A DNA stretch of 32,000 bases from Mycobacterium tuberculosis H37Rv (lineage in GTDB: Bacteria > Actinomycetota > Actinomycetes > Mycobacteriales > Mycobacteriaceae): NCBI RefSeq assembly GCF_000195955.2, contig NC_000962.3, forward strand, positions 330,001 through 362,000, read 5' to 3'. Within the stretch, counting starts at the first letter, position 1. Every line of letters starts with the position of its first letter. The notes under the pieces are model-generated. The model saw nothing but the letters and a program-made list of their open reading frames with translations, was not told the origin of the DNA and did no database searches. A program made the position numbers and the translations under genes. Shown piece by piece: positions 25,884-32,000 of the stretch.

Positions 25884-26875
25884 ACCCGATCCCTTCTTGG
25901 CCCGGCAGGGGCCGGGTCACGTTGGTGCTGCTGGCGGTGGTGCCTGTAGCGCTGGCCTACCCCTGGCAATCGACACGCGATTACGTGCTGCTGGGCGTGG
26001 CCGCCGCCGTCGTGATTGGGCTATTCGGCTTCTGGCGCGGGCTGTATTTCACCACGATCGCGCGCCGCGGGTTGGCAATCCTGCGCCGCCGACGCCGGAT
26101 TGCCGAGCCCGCAACGTGCACGCGCACAACGGTGCTGGTGTGGGTTGGGCCGCCGGCATCGGATACGAACGTGCTGCCGCTGACGCTGATCGCCCGGTAT
26201 TTGGACCGATACGGCATCCGCGCCGACACGATTCGCATCACCAGCCGCGTCACCGCATCCGGCGACTGCCGGACCTGGGTCGGGTTGACGGTGGTCGCCG
26301 ACGATAACCTGGCGGCGCTGCAGGCCCGGTCAGCGCGCATCCCCTTGCAAGAGACCGCGCAGGTCGCGGCGCGCCGGCTCGCCGACCATCTGCGCGAAAT
26401 CGGTTGGGAGGCTGGTACGGCCGCACCCGACGAGATCCCAGCGTTGGTGGCTGCGGATTCTCGCGAGACGTGGCGCGGAATGCGGCACACCGACTCGGAT
26501 TACGTTGCGGCATATCGGGTCAGCGCCAATGCCGAGTTGCCCGATACGTTGCCCGCGATCCGGTCGCGTCCGGCGCAGGAGACCTGGATCGCGCTGGAGA
26601 TCGCATATGCCGCCGGGTCATCAACCCGCTACACGGTGGCCGCTGCCTGCGCATTGCGGACCGATTGGCGGCCTGGCGGCACCGCACCGGTGGCCGGCCT
26701 GCTCCCGCAACACGGAAACCACGTGCCAGCCCTGACAGCCTTGGATCCGCGATCCACCCGCCGACTCGACGGGCACACCGATGCTCCTGCCGACCTGCTG
26801 ACCCGGCTGCACTGGCCTACTCCTACCGCCGGCGCCCACCGGGCACCGCTGACCAACGCCGTCAGTCGAACATGA
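25880..26875 (+). CDS. eccE3: ESX-3 membrane component EccE3, 331 aa
   Basis: Two N-terminal TM helices (VTLVLLAVVPVALAY and LLGVAAAVVIGLFGFW) followed by a soluble domain. ATGA overlap with mycP3. It is the last gene of the cluster. Confidence 0.85.
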   Translation: MNPIPSWPGRGRVTLVLLAVVPVALAYPWQSTRDYVLLGVAAAVVIGLFGFWRGLYFTTIARRGLAILRRRRRIAEPATCTRTTVLVWVGPPASDTNVLPLTLIARYLDRYGIRADTIRITSRVTASGDCRTWVGLTVVADDNLAALQARSARIPLQETAQVAARRLADHLREIGWEAGTAAPDEIPALVAADSRETWRGMRHTDSDYVAAYRVSANAELPDTLPAIRSRPAQETWIALEIAYAAGSSTRYTVAAACALRTDWRPGGTAPVAGLLPQHGNHVPALTALDPRSTRRLDGHTDAPADLLTRLHWPTPTAGAHRAPLTNAVSRT

Positions 26876-28064
26876 GGCCCTGCAGGAACACGGTCATCCG
26901 CCGCAGATAGTCCAACTGGCTCACATGCAGCAGGTGGCTGCCGGGGAACCAGTGCAGCGCACAGCGATCCCACTGCTTCCACAGCGTTACCGCGTGCTCG
27001 GGTGGAGCCATTCGATCGCCAAGGCCGGTGATGATCATCCGCCGGTCCTTAGGTAGCAGCGGCCGATAGTTCAGTGGGCCGTGGTAGGCCAGCCCGGCGA
27101 TCAGCTCATCACGGCTGATGTTGGTTAGCCGCAGTCCTAGCTTGACGAGCTTATTGGCCGGAAACCATTCGTCGAACAGCTTGGCGGGCATGACGACGGG
27201 GCAGTTGGGGATGACAGCCTCAAGCCGACTTTCGACCGAAGCCAGCAGCGCAGACGTGTAGCCCCCCAGGGATATACCCGTCAGGGCGATACGGTCGACG
27301 CCGATGTGGCGCAGGTAGTCCACGATGGAACGAAAGTCATACACTGCCTGCGCCATCGCCTCGGCGAAGCCGCTCAATCCGCTAGTGAAATAGCCGAAAC
27401 CGCTAAACGGCGAGAACTTTTCGGCCCGCTGGCCGTGAAACGGCAACGTGTACAGCAAAACGTCGTAGCCGGACCGGTAATACCAAGGCAGCGAAAAGAA
27501 CAGCCCGTTGAGCAAGTATGACGATCCCATGAAGCCGTGGATGACGCACAGCGTAGGACGCGGGCCGTCGCGGTGGCGCCAGTGCTGCGCGTGCACAATG
27601 TTGTTGGCGGTCAATGCACTCCACCGCTGGCGCATCGTGGGGTTGATCGCCCGGAAGCCGCTGGCAAATGCGATGTTGTCCACGGTGCCGCGCGCAACCC
27701 ATTCGGTGAGCGGGCTGGCCGGCCGCGAGGTGACCTTGGGCAACTCCGTCGGCGCCGGAAAGGACTTCGCCGGATCATGCGCTGCCGCAAGTTCGGCGTA
27801 GAAGTTCAGGTTGCTGCGCTCGCTGCCTTCGTTGACGTGACGTAGTGCGTTGGCGACAACGGCCGGAGTCACCGTCGCGGACAGCACCGACGCGACCGCG
27901 GTGCGCAGCGCGACATCGGCGATCGCCGAAGACTCGACGAGTATCCGCTGGCGGGCCGACAGCACCGAGCGCGAGGGCAGGCCCTCGGCGCCGGCATCCG
28001 CGCCGGGGACGTCGGGAATGGGGACGGGCGGACCGATCGCGTCGGCAGTGAACGTCCCTGACAT
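26862..28064 (-). CDS. Alpha/beta-hydrolase-fold protein (putative serine hydrolase), 400 aa (Rv0293c equivalent)
   Basis: ORF 26862..28076. It has the nucleophile elbow GISLGG and an HGF oxyanion-type motif (CVIHGFMGS). Candidate starts are ATG 28076, 28073 and 28064; 28064 gives the 400 aa I recall. It overlaps the eccE3 3' end by 14 nt (convergent). Confidence 0.8.
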   Translation of the reverse strand: MSGTFTADAIGPPVPIPDVPGADAGAEGLPSRSVLSARQRILVESSAIADVALRTAVASVLSATVTPAVVANALRHVNEGSERSNLNFYAELAAAHDPAKSFPAPTELPKVTSRPASPLTEWVARGTVDNIAFASGFRAINPTMRQRWSALTANNIVHAQHWRHRDGPRPTLCVIHGFMGSSYLLNGLFFSLPWYYRSGYDVLLYTLPFHGQRAEKFSPFSGFGYFTSGLSGFAEAMAQAVYDFRSIVDYLRHIGVDRIALTGISLGGYTSALLASVESRLEAVIPNCPVVMPAKLFDEWFPANKLVKLGLRLTNISRDELIAGLAYHGPLNYRPLLPKDRRMIITGLGDRMAPPEHAVTLWKQWDRCALHWFPGSHLLHVSQLDYLRRMTVFLQGLMFD

Positions 28065-28170
28065 CTCGGACATCAATGTCGATGGTAATCGCCAATGTGG
28101 CTGACCGCTGAAGGTTTCGACTGTATCGTCAATTTCTCACTCGGTCGAGCGCTTGTCCAGGAGCACGTAC

Positions 28171-28956
28171 ATGTGGGATCCCGACGTCTACCTGGCTTTT
28201 TCGGGTCATCGCAACCGCCCGTTCTACGAGTTGGTGTCACGGGTGGGTCTCGAGCGGGCGCGCCGCGTGGTCGACCTGGGGTGCGGGCCCGGCCACCTGA
28301 CACGCTACCTGGCACGACGATGGCCCGGCGCGGTGATCGAGGCTCTGGACAGCTCACCGGAGATGGTCGCTGCCGCGGCCGAACGCGGGATCGACGCCAC
28401 CACCGGTGACCTGCGGGACTGGAAACCAAAGCCCGACACCGATGTGGTGGTGAGCAACGCTGCGTTGCATTGGGTGCCTGAGCATTCCGACCTGTTGGTC
28501 CGGTGGGTCGACGAGCTGGCGCCGGGATCATGGATCGCTGTTCAGATCCCCGGCAACTTCGAGACGCCGTCGCACGCCGCGGTACGGGCGTTGGCCCGCC
28601 GCGAGCCGTATGCAAAGCTAATGCGCGACATACCTTTTCGTGTGGGCGCGGTGGTCCAATCTCCGGCGTATTACGCGGAGCTGCTGATGGACACCGGCTG
28701 CAAGGTCGACGTGTGGGAGACCACGTACCTACACCAGCTGACCGGCGAGCACCCGGTGTTGGACTGGATTACCGGAAGCGCGCTGGTCCCAGTGCGTGAG
28801 CGGCTCAGCGATGAGAGCTGGCAGCAGTTTCGGCAGGAGCTCATTCCGCTGCTGAACGACGCCTACCCGCCACGGGCCGACGGTAGCACCATCTTTCCCT
28901 TCCGGCGGCTGTTCATGGTCGCCGAAGTTGGTGGCGCGCGCCGCTCAGGTGGGTAG
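28171..28956 (+). CDS. tam: Trans-aconitate 2-methyltransferase-like SAM-dependent methyltransferase, 261 aa (Rv0294 equivalent)
   Basis: The track ORF starts at TTG 28153. ATG 28171 ([18 protein letters not shown]) has AGGAG 8 nt upstream. The SAM motif I is VVDLGCGPG. Confidence 0.85.
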
Positions 28957-29748
28957 CCCCAGCCGCGGCGCCTCCGCTCGGTACCGGTCGACCCACTCAT
29001 CAGAGCGCTGGTTGGCCTGCCGTTCCAGCATCGGTGCGGGCGCCAGTTTGGGATCCTGGCCGATGGCGTCAAGCACACTGGCCACAATCGCGGTCAGGTT
29101 GCGCCATAACACCGGGTAGGCGATATCGATCGGATCGATGCCTTCCTCGGCAAACCAAGCGCGCCAGCCGTTTTCCTGATCGCGCAGATTCCTGATGATG
29201 TGGGCGATGGCACCGGCGTGGTAGACGGCCTGCGAGTCGCGCTTGGGGTCCGGATGGCCCCGCCAAACCTGGGTTTGCACGGCGCGCCAGAACGACACCG
29301 CTTGTGACACCACATCGGGCCGGTGGACGTGCACGAAAACCGGTTCGTTGCCAATGACGTCGCGGATTGCCGCGCGCAAGCCATCCCCGGAGCGATCCGG
29401 CAATTGTGCTGCGCGTTGCTGCAGCAGCGCAGTCTGATTCCACATCAACTTGCCGCCCCAGACGCCGTTGGGCGTGCGACCGGAGGTGCGGACGTGCTCA
29501 CGCCAGGCAACCGGCGTCGCGGTGTCCGGTGTACCGGGGTCCAGCGGATCGAGCAATTGCAGGATCGTGTCATCGTCGACCCCAGCGAACCACTCCCGGG
29601 GCTGGGGGGCCATCCCGGTGCTAGGCAGGTATTGGAAGAACTCCTGTGGTTCCCCGGCACAGCCCGTCGCGCGCAGCGATTCCACCAGCAGCGTGCTGCC
29701 GCTGCGTTGGGTGGCGAGCACCAGATACGGTCTCACAGCGCGGGACAT
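28945..29748 (-). CDS. stf0: Trehalose 2-sulfotransferase Stf0 (first step of sulfolipid-1 synthesis), 267 aa (Rv0295c equivalent)
   Basis: [21 protein letters not shown]... contains a PAPS-binding P-loop-like TQRSGST motif. It overlaps the tam 3' end by 12 nt (convergent) and starts 9 nt after the upstream sulfatase stop. Confidence 0.85.
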
Positions 29749-29757
29749 CCGATGAGC

Positions 29758-31155
29758 CTAGCTGCAGTGTTCGTCGATGCCGCGGTCGGCGGCGATCGCT
29801 GACCGGCCCGTTGGCGTCTTGCGGTGGATCCGCAGATACGTTTCGGTGTAGCGCTCGGCGATGCGGGAACCGGCGAAGTCCGACGGAATGACGTCGGCCG
29901 TGCGCTGTCGCCAATCATGCAGTCGCACGGCCAGATCGGCCGCGATCGCGGCCACGCCCTGGGTGCTGTCGTCGCCGGCTAACAGGTTATTGGTCTCGGT
30001 GGGATCGGCGCGTAGATCGTAGAGTTCCCGCTGCGGGCGGGGCGCCTTGACCAACGGTGCGACGGCCATGCCGGCCGGGCTTTCCTGGATATCCCACGGT
30101 AGGTCCAGCAGCGGCCGGGGCGCGTAATTCTCGATGTAGCTGTATTCCTTGGTGCGGATTGCCCGAATCGGATCGAACGAGTCGTGATAGGTCTTGGCGG
30201 TGTATACGTGGTCACGCACCGCAGCGTTTTCAGTGTCCGGCGCGAGGAGGGCCGGTGCGTGTGACACACCCTCGACATCGGCGGGTACCTCGAGTCTCAG
30301 CAGGTCCAATAGCGTCGGAACCAGATCGACGCCGCTGAAAAGCTCGTCATAGACGCGAGGCGCCATCGCCCGGCGAGTGGGCGGGCGGATGATCAGCGCG
30401 ATACCGGTTCCGGCGTCATACAGTGTGGACTTCGCCCGCGGAAATGCCGGACCGTGATCGGTGACGAACACCACCCAGGTGCTGGCGTCTAGGCCGGTAT
30501 CGGCCAGTGTGTCAAGTAGCCGGCCAACCGCCTCGTCGGCTGTGGCGATAGAACCGTAGAACTCGGCGACGTCTTGGCGCACCTCGGGGGTATCGGGCAG
30601 ATAGTCGGGCAGCTCGACGGCCGCGCTGTCGGCCGGCCGGTAGCGCTCATGCGGATAGGGCCGGTGGGTTTCGAAGAAGCCGGCGGTCAACAGGAACCGT
30701 TGTCCGTCTAACGCGGGCACGCGATTATGCAGCCAGTCCTGGGCTTTGGCGACCACGTATTCGCAGTAGGAGTTCGACACGTCGAATTCGTCGAAGCCCA
30801 GCCGCTTTGGGTAGGACGTCTCATGCTGCATACCGAAAAGAGCTGAGTACCAACCCGATTCGGATAGCAATTGCGGTAGGGTTTGGACCCCGGTGCGGTA
30901 TTCCCAGCCGTGATGGGCCAGGCCGACCAACCCGTTGCTTTGCGGGTAGCGGCCGGTGAACAGCGAGCCCCGCGATGGTGTGCACAGCGGCGCGGTGGCA
31001 TGTGCCCTGGTGAACAGGATGCCCTCGGCGGCAAGCCGGTCCAGCCGCGGGCTGTAGACGTCCGGATGGTGGTAGACGCCGAGATAGCGCCCCAGGTCGT
31101 GCCAGTGCACGATCAGCAGGTTCTCGCGCTGCCCTGTGGCACGCTCACTCGTCAC
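29758..31155 (-). CDS. atsG: Type I (formylglycine-dependent) sulfatase, 465 aa (Rv0296c equivalent)
   Basis: The track ORF extends to 31452. GTG 31155 ([20 protein letters not shown]...) has GGAGAGG 8 nt upstream and gives 465 aa. The sulfatase signature is C-x-P-x-R in [15 protein letters not shown]. The gene symbol is from memory. Confidence 0.85.
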   Translation of the reverse strand: MTSERATGQRENLLIVHWHDLGRYLGVYHHPDVYSPRLDRLAAEGILFTRAHATAPLCTPSRGSLFTGRYPQSNGLVGLAHHGWEYRTGVQTLPQLLSESGWYSALFGMQHETSYPKRLGFDEFDVSNSYCEYVVAKAQDWLHNRVPALDGQRFLLTAGFFETHRPYPHERYRPADSAAVELPDYLPDTPEVRQDVAEFYGSIATADEAVGRLLDTLADTGLDASTWVVFVTDHGPAFPRAKSTLYDAGTGIALIIRPPTRRAMAPRVYDELFSGVDLVPTLLDLLRLEVPADVEGVSHAPALLAPDTENAAVRDHVYTAKTYHDSFDPIRAIRTKEYSYIENYAPRPLLDLPWDIQESPAGMAVAPLVKAPRPQRELYDLRADPTETNNLLAGDDSTQGVAAIAADLAVRLHDWRQRTADVIPSDFAGSRIAERYTETYLRIHRKTPTGRSAIAADRGIDEHCS

Positions 31156-31333
31156 CTTTGTCACCTCTCCAGCGAACCGCACCCGGCGCCGAAGCCGGAC
31201 AATAGAGCCTATACGTCGCGAGGCACTAGATACGCCACCGATGATGGCGGTAGGCTCGCTGATTGAATCGCGGCGACGGCGTAGGCGTGTTGTGTCTTGG
31301 CGTCCAGGAGTCACGAGTCGACGGGAGGTTCCC

Positions 31334-32000
31334 GTGTCCTTTGTGATCGCACAACCGGAGATGATCGCGGCGGCGGCCGGTGAGTTGGCCAGCATCAGAT
31401 CGGCGATCAACGCGGCCAATGCGGCGGCCGCGGCCCAGACCACCGGAGTCATGTCGGCGGCCGCCGACGAGGTGTCTACGGCGGTTGCCGCGCTGTTTTC
31501 CTCGCATGCCCAGGCCTATCAGGCCGCCAGCGCGCAAGCGGCCGCCTTTCACGCCCAGGTGGTGCGGACCCTGACCGTGGACGCGGGAGCGTATGCCAGC
31601 GCCGAGGCCGCCAACGCCGGGCCGAACATGCTGGCCGCGGTCAACGCCCCCGCCCAGGCGCTGTTGGGGCGCCCACTGATCGGCAACGGTGCCAACGGGG
31701 CGCCGGGCACCGGGCAGGCCGGCGGCGACGGTGGGCTGTTGTTCGGCAACGGCGGCAACGGCGGGTCCGGCGCACCCGGACAGGCCGGCGGGGCCGGCGG
31801 GGCGGCCGGGTTCTTCGGCAACGGTGGCAACGGCGGGGACGGCGGGGCCGGAGCGAACGGCGGCGCCGGCGGCACCGCCGGCTGGTTCTTCGGCTTCGGC
31901 GGCAACGGCGGGGCCGGCGGGATCGGTGTTGCCGGCATCAACGGCGGTCTCGGCGGCGCCGGCGGCGACGGCGGCAACGCCGGGTTCTTCGGCAACGGCG
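31334..32000 (+). CDS. PE_PGRS5: PE_PGRS family protein PE_PGRS5, N-terminal part (continues past the right edge; Rv0297 equivalent)
   Basis: Absent from the ORF track (open at the edge). GTG 31334, with GGGAGG 5 nt upstream, gives [39 protein letters not shown]..., [21 protein letters not shown], then GGN/GGA repeats. Confidence 0.9.
   Translation, partial: MSFVIAQPEMIAAAAGELASIRSAINAANAAAAAQTTGVMSAAADEVSTAVAALFSSHAQAYQAASAQAAAFHAQVVRTLTVDAGAYASAEAANAGPNMLAAVNAPAQALLGRPLIGNGANGAPGTGQAGGDGGLLFGNGGNGGSGAPGQAGGAGGAAGFFGNGGNGGDGGAGANGGAGGTAGWFFGFGGNGGAGGIGVAGINGGLGGAGGDGGNAGFFGNG

Noticed and set aside
12130-26875. The possibility that the secretion gene cluster is a previously undescribed system
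   Set aside because: Every gene maps to a named ESX-3 component in the canonical order, and EsxH is the TB10.4 sequence. Calling it novel would be unsupported.
31156-31452. Upstream extension of the sulfatase ORF to 31452, overlapping the PE_PGRS5 start
   Set aside because: The extension is low-complexity (Ala/Arg-rich) and crosses the divergent promoter and the PE_PGRS5 start. GTG 31155 has a GGAGAGG RBS, and sulfatase homology begins right after it (LLIVHWHD).

Overview
This high-GC 32-kb window is the Mycobacterium tuberculosis-complex ESX-3 type VII secretion locus with both flanks, equivalent to H37Rv Rv0273c through Rv0297. The identification rests on EsxH here being the TB10.4 sequence, on gene order, and on every protein length I recall for H37Rv being reproduced. 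If my memory of H37Rv coordinates is right the window is about 330001..362000, but I cannot verify that.

Layout, left to right:
- Two TetR regulators with a VOC/glyoxalase gene and a conserved hypothetical (1..2668).
- A vapBC25 toxin-antitoxin module (2708..3417).
- Tandem PE_PGRS3 and PE_PGRS4 on the minus strand (3437..9073).
- PPE3 plus a SAM-methyltransferase (9364..11906).
- The 11-gene ESX-3 operon eccA3-eccB3-eccC3-PE5-PPE4-esxG-esxH-espG3-eccD3-mycP3-eccE3 (12130..26875).
- An alpha/beta hydrolase, tam, the stf0 sulfotransferase with a type I sulfatase, and the start of PE_PGRS5.

I found no tRNA, rRNA, CRISPR array or IS element.

Verdict on the hunt: the large system here is ESX-3, which is well described. 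I see no evidence of an undescribed multi-gene system. The observations most worth a second look are smaller:
1. The vapB25 antitoxin frame carries an in-frame TAA at codon 24 next to an intact VapC25 toxin.
2. The arginine-rich tail of PE_PGRS3 is visibly created by a 1-nt frameshift, and the ancestral PGRS C-terminus is still readable in the other frame.
3. An identical 18-bp Fur-family (Zur-type) box sits upstream of both PPE3 and eccA3, and an IdeR-like iron box lies in the eccA3 leader.
4. PPE3 carries a [10 protein letters not shown] tract.
5. Both PE_PGRS paralogues contain a second internal GRPLI linker island.

Many long ORFs in the track are frame or antisense shadows of GC-rich genes and are rejected.
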